Assembly (NCBI RefSeq): GCF_001194135.2
Contig: NC_068984.1
Coordinates: 118,454,465 to 118,518,464, forward strand
DNA from: Octopus bimaculoides
Taxonomy: Eukaryota
Direction of reading: 5' to 3'
DNA length: 64,000 bases
The notes under the pieces were generated by a model. That model was not told the origin of the DNA, ran no database searches, and saw only the letters and a list, made by a program, of their open reading frames with translations. Shown in pieces: positions 24,987 to 37,090 of this stretch (its first letter is position 1; each line of letters begins with the position of its first letter). Made by a program: the position numbers and the translations under genes.

Positions 24987-26087
24987 TATAATCCAATTTA
25001 ATATTTTATGCATTTTCTCTGATTAATTATAGGGGATATTTTTTGTGGTTTGTTAAATATCTATTGCGTTTCTCGATTTTTGATTTGAAATAAATTGTTT
25101 TGAATCTGTCAATATGAAACACGAAACATCCTTGTTGGGCGTTGCAGTATTTGTTGTGTGTGACTGATTGAATAAACAGGAATTTGTCGGTTGAAGCATA
25201 CTATATGTATTATGCGCTTATGTGTGTGTGTTCTAAAAACACACAATGCGTAGCTGTAACAAGAAATATTTGATTTTGAATGTGTATCATCTGATTTTGT
25301 GTGCGTCTTATTTATCTCCCTGTATTTTCTCCTTACCCTTCTACACACACACACACACACACACACTTTATATAGTGGTATAAAGAAGGAGGGGCGCGGT
25401 TGAATTGGTGGTGGAGGGGTATGACGGGGTTATTCTAAGGTGCCTGAGGCTGGCTTCCGTATCCTTTGGAACGTTAAGAGGCTTCCTCATCAGCTATTCC
25501 AGCCTCCATACTGGGGCTCTCGTCTATTAGGGTTGTTTGTGCTTTCTCATTCCTGCATGGGAGCAGAACATTGGATGATAAACAACAGGCACATTAAACC
25601 TAGAGGCCTTTGTTAGCCACTCTTTCCAGAAGATCCTTTTAGTCACCTGGTGAGACAAGATTACTTGCACACACATAAGATACGCGCTTGCGCGGGCATC
25701 TTTATATGTTTGTATATGTGTGCATGTATGTTGGGGGTGCGTGTGTGTAGGGTGTGCGTGCGTGCATGCGTACTTGTGAAACCTGAGGTCATCTATCAAT
25801 TACTCTCCCTCTTTTCACTTTCTCAGTACAACAGCAATACCTAACCCCCACTAGTTTAGATACCTAGGCAGCATCAATGGTATCTAAATTCCAATGATTG
25901 CACTCTGGTGAGGATATTCTAAAACGACCTGCAATACACTTCCATATCTTTTTGAAGGCTTAGAGAGTCTTTCTAAACAATCATCTCAAGCCGCCAGACT
26001 AAGTTCTTTATCTGTTAGGCTATATTCACTTTCTTGTATGGATTCAGAACATAAACGACATAGAGCAAATGCATTAAGACTCTAGAG

Positions 26088-26345
26088 TAGTGGTTCAGTT
26101 CTCAACTGAGGTCCTTATGGTCATTGGGGTACATATAAGATTTTGTTAAAATTTATCTGGAATGAATTGGTTATACTTCTTCAATACACAAAATATTTTA
26201 ACAGTTGTTTTTATACAATTACTAATAATATTTAATTATAAAAATATAATAGGATTTTTTAAACATTGAATGGCTAAGAGGGTCCACCCAAGTAAAAATA
26301 GAAATCAAAAGGGGTCCATATGTAGAAAATGATTGAGAACCATTG
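26088..26345. mobile_element. hAT (Charlie-type) MITE
   Basis: Ends TAGTGGTT(cagt)TCTCAAC / TTGAGAACCATTG; 8-bp TSD CTCTAGAG / CCCTAGAG, matching the NTCTAGAN target preference of Charlie-type hATs. Confidence 0.7.
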
Positions 26346-26606
26346 CCCTAGAGGCCTGTAATATGCAGTCTCTCCTGAAGATACTCTCAATCAGCTGGCC
26401 AAATAAGATTACTTACACAGCCATGTCCTCTGCTGCATTAAATCCACATGAAACAGGCATTAACTAAGATGGCTGAAACATGTAGAATAAATGTGTGACT
26501 CAAACTTCTAAAGGTTCTTCTACAGCCACCCATATCATTGTTAATGGTTGCTGGAGGTACAAGGAAGTAGTTTAATCCTTCAGCATTCAGATTACTTCAT
26601 CAAATA

Positions 26607-27521
26607 TGAGGTGGTATAAAAAGTTTCTGGACAAGTCCTGTAGCTTGCCAACAGATGGCAGCACACAGTTGTGTGCACAGTGAGAGCTAGCAGTGACCTT
26701 CATGAGGCAGTGTGCTGAGTGACATTGCTGTGTTTGCTTTGCAAGTTGTGAAATTTGTGTTTTTGTGATCACGTGTATGTTGTAGTCTGTGATTTTTGTC
26801 ATGTCAGGAACAAAGAGCCAATATGAAATTTTGCGTTGAACTTGGGAAGTCTGCTACAGAGACATTGAGCATGCTTTGACAAACTTACGGTGATGAGGTA
26901 ACAAGTCATATGCAATGTTCTAAGTGGCATGGGTGCTTCAAAAGCAGAAGAATGTCTCTGGAAGATGATGAGCGATCTAGAACAGCCACAAGCATCACCC
27001 TCGGAAATGTAATATTGTGCATCAAGAATTCATCCCCCAGGGCCAGATCATCAATCCAGAGTTCTACTGCGACATTTTGAAGCGTTTGAGGGAGGATATT
27101 TGGCAAAAGTGACCAGATCTGTGAAGCGTGGGGAACTGGATTCTTCATGACAACAATGCACCCTGTCATGATCTCACCTCACTCATGAGTTTCTCACCAA
27201 AAACAACATGGTATCATTTCAGTACCTGCCCTATTTGCCAGATTATTTAGCACCTGCAGACTTCCATCGCTTCCCAAAGATGAAAATGCAGCTCAAAAGT
27301 CACCATTTTAAAAACATTGTTGAGATTCAGAGCGAATTGCAGAAGGTCCCCAACTCGCTTATAGAAAACAACTTCCAGGCCTGATTCCAAAAGTGGCAGG
27401 AATGTTGGGACTGGTATATTGCAGTGGAAGGTGACTATTTCAAAGGATGTTAAAGCTTAGGCAAATAAGTTATTTTTTTTATTAAACATAACTAATCCGG
27501 GAACTTTTTGATACCACCTCG
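26607..27521 (+). mobile_element. Internally deleted mariner (DD34D-type) element
   Basis: TA-flanked TIRs TGAGGTGGTATAAAAAGTTTCTGG / CCGGGAACTTTTTGATACCACCTCG. Remnants EQRANMKFCVELGKSATET…, IVHQEFIPQGQIIN…, WILHDNNAPCH, APADF..FPKMK, GDYFKG, with several stops. Confidence 0.9.
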
Positions 27522-28187
27522 TATAATGTTTATAATATTATTTTCTGTTGACTTTCTATGCTGTATGTATGTGTTGGACGGATTGCTCTGATTGGAGTCA
27601 GCATAAATTCAATTATGGGTTGAAGGATCCCATCTTGTGTGTTTCATTTTTGGCTTGGTTTCTATGGCTGGATGTCCCTCCTAACACCAATTACTTAAGT
27701 GTATGTACTGAGTACATTTTTTGCGACACCATTGCTAGAGAGTAGCAATGTGCATGACATAACTGAAGGAGCCTCATGACCCCATGTGTCTCCTTGTTTG
27801 CCAGCTTCTTTACAGAGTAAGAGGCATGAATGATAGTGATATGTCATAGGAGGGATGCTGATAGGGAATGAGTGACAGGAATACTCAGTATTCTGAGATC
27901 ATCATCATCATCATCATCATGACCATCATTGTTTAATATCCACATTTCCATGCTTGAATGACAGAATTTGTTGAGGCAGCTTTTCTACAACCAGATGCTC
28001 TTCCTGTTGCCAACCCTCACCTGTTTCTGTGTAAGATAATATTTACCATGACCAGATATGTTTTCATGGAAGATTGAAAACAAGGGACACCACTTGCACA
28101 ACAGTGACATTTGTTAACGTACAACAGATGAAAACAAAGCAAGGAAATAATAATTCACACACACACAAACACATATGTATATATTAA

Positions 28188-28420
28188 GGCGGTGAGCTGG
28201 TAGAAATGTTAGCACACCTGGCGAAATGCTTAGCAGTATTTCGTCTATTGCTATGTTCTGAGTTCAAATTCCGCCGAGGTCAACTTTGCCTTTCATCCTT
28301 TCGGGGTTAATTAAATAAGTACCAGTTACACACTGGGATCGATATAATCAGCTTAATCCGTTTGTCTGTCCTTGTTTGTCCCCTCTATGTGTAGCCCCCT
28401 TGTGGGTAGTAAAGAAATAA
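28188..28420 (+). mobile_element. tRNA-headed SINE family S, full length
   Basis: GGCGGTGAGCTGG.AGAA…GAGTTCAAATTCCGCCGAGGTC.ACTTTGCCTTTCATCCTTTCGGGGT…AGTAAAGAAATAA. Partial copies at about 975-1390(-), 6380-6530(-), 10140-10290, 11010-11107, 11560-11760(-) and 12317-12519. Confidence 0.85.
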
Positions 28421-28450
28421 CACACACATGTATATATGAGTGTGCGTGTG

Positions 28451-28527
<77 letters not shown>

Positions 28528-28529
28528 AT

Positions 28530-28780
28530 AGAGACATAGATAGAGGGAGAAGAGCAGTTAAAAAACTTTATCTCCATTCGTGTTGAATGATCGATGCTTA
28601 AATAAAACATTGACAATTCTTCTTGATACGAAATGATGTAAGGCGGGCAAAATGAATTCAGTCTATTTTAAAGTTAGCATAGTTAATACAGGAGAATTGT
28701 CAATGTTTTATTTAAACATTGATCATTCAACACACATGGAGATAAAGTTTTTAAACTGCTCTTCTTCTCTCTATGTCTCT

Positions 28781-28796
<16 letters not shown>
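28530..28796. mobile_element. Foldback element (about 100-bp inverted arms) inside a (TA)n tract
   Basis: Arms at about 28530-28628 and 28687-28780 are reverse complements. ORFs on opposite strands both translate LSMFYL.IDHST.MEIKF.NCSS. Confidence 0.7.
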
Positions 28797-28811
<15 letters not shown>

Positions 28812-29635
28812 GCATAACTTCTTGCCGCTATAGGCCCAACGGCAAGTTAGAAGAGTGTTGAACTGTGAATGAAGAAACATGACTTCTTTCTCTTTAATTA
28901 TTTTGAAATATGTGTGTATATATATATATATATATATTTATATAAATATGTATGTATGTATGACAGGCTTCTTCAGTTTCCATCAGCCAAGTTCACTCAC
29001 AAGTCTTTGGTTGGTTCAGGAGGGCTATTGAAGAAGACACTTTCTGAAGGTGCCATACAGTGGGACTGAACTTGATACATGTGGTTGGGCAGCATACTTC
29101 TTTATTACGTAACCACCCCTGCAACTATTAAGAAATATATGTATGAATATTCAAGGCATTATAACCAACAGGACAGCAGAAGGATAGAATGCAATTTGAT
29201 CCAGGCGATAGAACGGTGACCCAGGATGTGTGGGAGTAAAGAAGGAAGAGTCTGATGGTGGGCAGTGAAATATGGAGTGATGACAAGCAAAACAGGAAGG
29301 CAAGGTGAAGGTAGAATTTACCGGACATAGCTCATCTTATACGATCTCCTATACATAGACTTCAAGATATGCAGGAAGTTGAAGTGATGAGGGTGATGGT
29401 TGGGAGAATAGAATGTAGGTGGGTCCTGTACTAATGAATGGTACAAATGATTGTGGTAGTGGTGGGCACATAGTATAGATAAGAGTAACAGGGAAGTGAG
29501 TGATAAGGAAATGTAAAGTCAGTGGTACATACCATAGCAGTGTATGCCACTGTTACTAATTTTATGACTTGTGATTCATCATGCTTTGTCCCACATCTTG
29601 GCTCTACCCCTTCCACATGTTCCCTCCACAATTAG

Positions 29636-29960
29636 AGAATGGCACTTCTTGATGCGGCTGTCCTCATTTATACACATCACATGACCATACCAGTGCAGGC
29701 TTCTCTCTTGCATGCAACATCTGATGTCTCGTATACCCAATCTTTCTCTTAAATCATTTACACTCTGTCATACATGCACACTGACCTTATCCATTCAGTG
29801 GAACATGCTGGCTTCATTTCTATCAAGCCTTCTCAGGTCCTCTGTAGTCATAGCCCATGTTTCACTGTCATGCAGCACCCTTGTATGTACACAGACATCG
29901 TACAATCTGCCTTTCACTGTGAGGAAGAGGCCCTTTGTTACCAAAGAATGTAGTAGATCA
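29636..29960 (-). mobile_element. RTE-clade LINE fragment (post-RT C-terminal region)
   Basis: Minus strand: VKGRLYDVCV…LHDSETWAMTTEDLRRLDRNEASM…LRERLGIRDIRCCMQERSLHWYGHVM. Confidence 0.85.
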
Positions 29961-30439
29961 TGTAGAAGTGAGAAAGGATTGCCAGACAGGTCTCACTGAG
30001 ATGACGAAGGACCAAGACTTCTGAAGGAGCCTCATGAGAAGATATGTCAAGCTAAGTAAAGCTGTGGCCATCAATGCATACAGGCAGGTCCTTTACAGCC
30101 TGTGCCGGCACCACATAATAAGCGCTCGTGTCAGTCCCATTTAATAAGCACAATTTAAAAAGTACTCATGCTGATGTCACATAAAAAGCACTCATGCTGG
30201 TATCATGTAAGAGTATTCGTGCTGGTACCATGTAAAAGTACCCATGTTGGTGCCAGTGCACTCTGTAAAGTGACTGGCATTAAGGAAGGCATCCAACTGT
30301 AGAAACCATGCCAAAACAGACAATTGGAGCCAAGGCTGCTCTCTGTCAAACCATCCAACCCATGCCAGCATAGAAAACAGACGTTAAATGATGACCATGA
30401 TGATGATCGTCATGATGCTTGTATTACTTCTTGGACATT

Positions 30440-30918
30440 CTCTAGTTGGTTCTCCTTCAGCACTGTGAAACACCAGTCAGCACTTTCTATTGTCATCTCC
30501 ACTATGAGATGCAACATCTTGAGATCAGTTTTCACCACTTTGTCCCGAGTCTTTCTTAGTGTATTTCTTCCATGTGTACCGTTTACCTTGTGTTCATGAC
30601 ACATCTTTATGTAGCTGCCATCCTCAATATACATTGTGTCTGTACCATTACAGTCTTCTCTCTTGTACTCTACATTTTATTCCCCCTATATCATATATTT
30701 TTCTCAGCTCTTTCATACTTTGTTATGCAACCTGCTCAAAGCCCACTCATACATGTCATATAATCTGCCCTTTACCCTTAGAATAAAGCCCTTTGTTTTC
30801 AGTAAAGGTAATAGTTCCATGAACTTTTTCAAACCCCTTCATATTCTGGCTACTATGCCCTTTGAACACCCACTGCCACTGCTAATTAGATCACCAAGGT
30901 AGCAAACTAACAACTACT
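30440..30918 (-). mobile_element. RTE-clade LINE 3' fragment with internal deletion
   Basis: YLGDLISSGSGCSKGIVARI…KFMELLPLLKTKGFILRVKGRLYD and LRKTRDKVVKTDLKML. Confidence 0.8.
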
Positions 30919-31280
30919 TTTGGAGAGCATTCTGGGTATTCAATAGGGTCTATTTTCTTTGGTCTCTTATATAAGTGCATAAAGGGTGTGTATTTCACCA
31001 TCATTATCATTTAATATCCATCTTCCATGCTGGCATGGGTTGGACACTTTGACAGGAGCTGGTATGCCAGAGGATTGTGCCAGGGTCCACTGTCTATTTT
31101 GACATGGTTTTTACAGCTGGATGCCTTTCCTAACACCAACCTCTCTACAGAGTAGACAGTACTTTTTACATGGCACCAGCACTGGTGATGTCTGCTTTGG
31201 CAACATATCTATCTATTTGTCTGTCTGTCTGTCTGTATATCTATGAGAGAAAGAGAGAGAGAGACCCCCACACACACGTA

Positions 31281-31314
<34 letters not shown>

Positions 31315-31869
31315 CATACATTCACATACACATTTATGTACATAGATAGGTGTGACTGTTTGTTTAAGAAATTTGATTTCAAATCATGGATTTGGGTTCA
31401 GCCCCCATTGTGTGGCCCCTTGGGAAAGTGCCTTCTACTATAGTCCCAAGCCAACCAAAACCTTGTGAAGGATTTGGCTGATGGAAATTGAAAGAAGCCC
31501 ATTGTATGTGTGTGTGTGTGTTGTCTTGATGTTTTGACATTATGCAGAAGCTGTAAACAAGTGGCCCATGTGGAAATATTACTTTGCTTGGGAAACAGGT
31601 GAAGAGCATCCAGCCATAAAAAAAAAAATCTGCCTCAATGAATTCTGTATGACCCATGCAAGCATGGAAAAGTGGACATTAATGATGATGGCAGTGATAA
31701 GGACATTGACCACCCCCCCATGCACACACACTGTCCAACCCATGCCAGCATGGGAAGTAGATGTTGAATGGTGATGATGAAGATGATGATAATACACACA
31801 CACAGAGGTCTCTATCTCTATCACTACCCTGATTTCAATGCATGCTCTGTCACAGGTGTCTTTCTGCTG

Positions 31870-32995
31870 CACTACTTATCACTAATCATTATGGTCCTTT
31901 ATCATCTTCTCTGAAAGGTACAGCATCTTCAGGTCAACGCCCTCCACTTTGTTCCACGTCTTGCTTGGCCTCCCCCTTTTATAGCTTCAATGAACTTGGC
32001 ATGCATGGCACTTCCTTATGCTGTGGTCATCCTCCATACGTACCACATGCCTATACCGGCAGAACCTTCTCTCTGCTACATTATGTCTGATTCTCCTTTA
32101 TATCTGGTTTGTCTCTCAGCTCACTTGTACTTTGGCATTCATGCACACACACACATGATTTATCTCACTACCATGCAGCATCACAATTCAAATGCAAGCA
32201 TCATACAATCTGCTTTTCATTCTAAAGTGAAGCATTTTGTTACCAGCAGAAGTAATAGATAATTCCTGGAACTTTTTACAACCTGTTCTTAACATGGTTA
32301 CTGTACTTTCAGAACAACTACCTCCACAACTTATCATGTCATCTAGGCAACAGAAGCTAACAACTATTTCTGGTGAGCCTCTTGGGCATTTAAGAGAAGC
32401 TTTTTCTGGCATGCTGTTAGTACTTGTTGCCCCTGTGCATCTGCTTACATACAAAGTCTGTCTTTTCTGTAGCCTGTCTGTGATTCCATTATACCTCTTG
32501 TGAGCATCCATAGCTCACACTGAGTACAATAGACTGAGTTCTTACCTACTCCGTTTTTGCTTATTAAGCAAAATTATTTCCCTGAAGACACAAGGGTCTT
32601 ATCTTCTTCCCTACTTATTAACAAACACCATAGTCTTTGCTTAGTTTACCTTGAAATCTCTCAATTCTAGGTTTCATGTCCACATCCAGAATTTCTTCAC
32701 TAATTCTATTATAGATTCAGCTATAAGAGCTAGATCATCAGTTTATAGGAGTTTCCATGGGCAACCGGTTTTGATTGTTGGACTGTGATATATAAAAGAG
32801 GGCTGAAGACTGAACCTTGATAAATCCCTATCTTCACACTAAATTCATCAGTGATTCTCACTTTACTCATTGTGCCTTTGTGCATAGCTTACACATCCCT
32901 TACAAGCCATTCCTCCACACTGTATTTCTTCAGTGACTACCATATTCCTGATCATGGAATCCTGTCAAAGGCCTTCTCAGAGTGAAGCATAGCAC
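31870..32995 (-). mobile_element. RTE-clade LINE fragment including the RT core
   Basis: EKAFDRIP, QGSVFSPLF, LL*TDDLALIAES (decayed YADD), then HKRYNGIT…, DMISCGGSCSES…, KSRLYDACI, KGRPSKTW. Confidence 0.85.
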
Positions 32996-33615
32996 TTTAC
33001 CTTTAGCTAAGTATGAAATATGTCTTAAAACATGTCAAAACTAATAAATTCGAGAACACAGAATTACAAAATGCAAACTATATTCACATAGCTGCATAAA
33101 CAAAGTTAATACCATCCTCCCCCACGTACATGGAGAAATAAAAATATACATATATCTATCTATATATACACACGCTCAACCTATTTCAAAGCATTCTCTT
33201 ATATACACAAACACAAACCAAGACAGTATAAAAACCAAACTAAAAACAATATACATATATGTTTATATATGTTTGTGTGTGTATATTAGGGTGTGCCATG
33301 AAAAAAAAAAAAAATTGAAATTTGAGCTGCCTTACTTTTCATATGATGACAAAACACCAGAAATCTCTGCATATCAAATATTCTGCCAGTTAATCAATAT
33401 TTAGGTCTCCTTTTAAAGGTGGGCGAAAGTTTTGATTCTCCTGGTTGTCAAGTTTTACAAGATTTTTTTCTCCAACTTCTCTTATAGCTGTTTTTTTCTT
33501 TATTGTTCATTGTTTAGCCACAGGTCAAACTTGGCCAGGCAAACATTGGATCTAAAGTATTCCAACTATGACCATTCCAACTTTTGTTTCAATAGCTTTC
33601 TTAGTTTGACCCTTT

Positions 33616-33913
33616 AGCGAGATCGTTGCCAGTGGCCCTGGACTGGCTCTTGTGCGGGTAGCACGTAAAATACACCATTTTGAGCGTGGCCGTTGCCAGT
33701 ACCGCCTGACTGGCCTTTGTGTGGGTGACACGTAAAAGCACCCACTACACTTTCGGAGTGGTTGGCATTAGGAAGGGCATCCAGCTGTAGAAACTCTGCC
33801 AAATCAGATTGGAGCCTGGTGTTGCCATCCAGTTTCACCAGTCTTCAGTCAAATCGTCCAACCCATGCTAGCATGGAAAGCGGACGTTAAACGATGATGA
33901 TGATGATGATGAT
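33616..33913 (+). mobile_element. SINE tail C module, 5' truncated
   Basis: Nearly identical to 61028-61336. Confidence 0.85.
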
Positions 33914-36385
33914 TGCATTTTGTGCAGAAGGAAAAGACAATTTCACTGATATATCATAAATCCTCTTTTTGAATTATAATACAGCCATAAAGTTATAACC
34001 ATGCAGTTTTTCATAAATATGGCCAAAGTGTTACTGTCAACAAGAAGCATCATCCCACCAATTAGTTTCACAGAACTTATATATATATATATATATATCG
34101 TCTAGACCCGTAAAAGCAGAATAATATATTTTGTTCATGATGTGAGAACAAGCTTTACACCACAAAATATCTATCACTGCAATATATATACACTATTCTT
34201 TATAAGCAACTTGAGGTACATTTTCATTTTTATCTCTGTTTTCTCCACTTAATTTTCTATATCATCATTACCATTGCTTTAGTGTCCACTTATCCATGCT
34301 TGCATGAGTTGGATGGAACTTTTTGAGGCAGATTTTCTATGGCTGGATGCCCTTCCTGTCACCAACCCTCATCTGTTTCCAGATAAAGTAATATTTCCCT
34401 AAGGCCAGACATGTTTTTATAGAAGATTGCAAAGAAAGCACACTTGCATGACAGTGACACTTGTTTATAACTATCACACAATTTCAAGGCAAGGAGACAG
34501 TAAAAAAAAAACATTATGTATATATATATATAGATACATATATAGATAGATAGATAGATAAATATATATATATATATATATATAGATACATATATAGATA
34601 GATAGATAGATAAATATATATATATATATCTTTTACTTGTTTCAGTCATTAGGGGCACTGCTTGAAGAATTTTGAGTTGAACTAATCAACCCCAGTACTT
34701 TTTTTTTTAAGCTTAGTACTTATTCTGTCTGTCTCTTTTGCTGAACTATTTACTTATGGGGATGTAAACACACCAACACTGGTTGTCAAGTGGTGGTGGG
34801 GACAAACACAAAAACACACACACAAACACTTATGATGGACTTCTTTCAGTTTCTGTCTACAAAATTCACTCATACGGTTTTGGTCAGCCTGAGGCTATAG
34901 TAAATGCTACTTGCCCAAGGTGCCACACAGTGGGACTGTACCCTGAACCATTTGGTTGGGAAGCTTCTTACCAAATTGTCACACCTGTTCCTATAAGTCA
35001 CATCTGGATATCTGTTACTGTCTATCTGTCTGTCTATCTAGCTGCTTTCAATGCATTAGCACATACATGATGGGTTTCTTTCAGTTTCCTTTGACAGATC
35101 CACTCACAAGGCTTTGGTCAACCTTAGGTATAGTAGAAGCCACTTACCCAAGGTGCTGGGAAGCACACTCTTTACCACAAGGCCATATCTGTGGCCATTG
35201 AATGCCATATTGAATTACTGATTTTCAGCACTGATGCTGTTCTGTAGAATATGTTCAGTGCTCAACAGTGTTTAAAATCTGATAAAGGTGGTGTTACATG
35301 TGGGCCAAAGAACTTTTCTTTTAAATTGTTGTGCAAGAAGGTGACAAGCATAATAGTATTGTCTAGAATTTGAGCTTTTGTTGTTGAAAACTAAGTTCAT
35401 GAAACTTTCTCCAATGTGACATTCTTGGATTGTTTCATGAGTTACCTTTGTCTGTATAGCACCATGTATAGCCAAGAATTTGCTATCTTTTGCACTGGGT
35501 AAACCTGGAATGAATGCAGACAGTCTTTCTGCTGGTTCTTATCTGGAGTCCTGTATAAGCTTTGAATTTCAGTGTATGACTAAGAATGGTGGAGCATCAC
35601 AGCTATCATTAATATTTCAGCTTTCCTTTCTCTTTCTTTTGTAATGCTTTTGAAAAACTTTAAAGATTTTCTCCCAAAGTTAATGCATTGAAAGCAGCTA
35701 AAGACATCTGCTCTACTAATGAAAAAAAATGAAATATTTAGGTGATCACATCAAGATGACAAAGTGATTGTATTATTTTTTGTTTTTTAGCATTTTAGGT
35801 ACCATGTAGCCTTGTCTAAATTCATTTTCTCTACCACATACTTTTGATGTGAAAAAAGAAATGGGAAAGGAGAGGGGATCTTCTTAAAGAACCATAAATC
35901 AGATGAACTGTAGATTTTTTTTTTTTTGTTTAAATAAAGTGGCTTTATTAGACTCTCCCTAGAAAATTAGAAATAAGCTGATTGATAACAATTTAGAATT
36001 TATTTTCCACATTTAATCTGTTGCTACAGAATTGTCATTTCTGTGAATCTAATATGAATTTAGGTGTGGGATTTGAAAATTAAAGAAGATGAAGCCAAGA
36101 ATATATAAAAATAGGCTTGGTTATTCAGTGTAAGTGAAATGAATAAGTAAATACTTAAAACTAGATTATTAAGCATCATTAAGATTGATAGATTTCTGTT
36201 TTCATTTCTCAACAGCATTATTTAGTTAACTTATGAAGGTTGCATCATAGAAAATAAGACATTTTTATTGAAAGACATACACATAAAAAAGTAATTTCAA
36301 ATTGACAACTCAATTTGAAAAATGAAAAATATGCTATTTTCAAGTTTACAGAAAAAATTTTTAGGTAAGTTACATTTCTCTAGAT

Positions 36386-36572
36386 CAGGGTCTGCCATCT
36401 TTTTTCACTTGTAGTACACTTATGTTCTTTTCAAAATCCAGCATCACACCTGAACTAAAAAATATAACTAAAAGTATAGGGAAAAAAAATTATATTCAGG
36501 ATACACAGCGGTACACCTAGCATAGTCTCATGGCACACCAGTGTGCCATGACATACCAGATGAGGGGCAATG
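36386..36572. mobile_element. Degenerate hAT (Charlie-type) MITE
   Basis: CAGGG…CAATG ends, candidate 8-bp TSD CTCTAGAT / TTCTTGAT (6/8), subterminal GGCACACCAGTGTGCC palindrome. Confidence 0.5.
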
Positions 36573-36635
36573 TTCTTGATTGTGGTGATATTGCTGAAGA
36601 ATTAACTGGAGCTGATACTGTGTTAATTTAATGAT

Positions 36636-36868
36636 TCAACTCTTTAACATTCATACTGGCCATATCTGGCCCTGAATATTCTGTTTTAGGTTCAAACTGG
36701 CCAGATCCAGCCTTTCACATCTATTCTACAATATTGTTATAGAAATAAATAAACACTCACAACATCAATATCTCAAAGCTATAAGATAATGCACGATCAT
36801 AATTAATCCAAGACAATATGAAAGAATAAGCATTACATTTGACAGTAATCTCAGTGCTAAAGTATTAA
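36636..36868. mobile_element. piggyBac-type MITE, family A (opposite orientation)
   Basis: TCAA CTCTTTAACATT…GTGCTAAAGTA TTAA; interior similar to 58859-59085. Confidence 0.65.
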
Positions 36869-37090
36869 TCCTTTTGTTACTGACTTGGCTGAAACCAGCT
36901 CTGGTTCTGTTGTACAAATGTCTTGTTTTCAAAAGTTCTGAATTAAAATCTTCGACCAAACCTTAGTCACAATTTATGTTCCTAACATCAGCTTAATTCT
37001 AACTAAGTTATTTTAACTAAATTCTTTGTTATATTTAAAATAATTGAAAGAAACACAGAGCATCTCTAAATACAGTAACGAAATGGTTAA
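36865..37090. mobile_element. piggyBac-type MITE, family B
   Basis: TTAA TCCTTTTGTTACTG…CAGTAACGAAATGG TTAA; interior nearly the same as 18158-18374. Confidence 0.7.

Noticed and set aside
33616-33760. Repeat-spacer-like ~60-bp subunits suggestive of a CRISPR array
   Set aside because: Eukaryotic SINE-internal tandem subunits; no unique spacers and no cas genes.
35272-35475. 67-aa minus-strand ORF in non-repetitive-looking DNA
   Set aside because: No recognisable domain and no convincing splice signals; length expected by chance.
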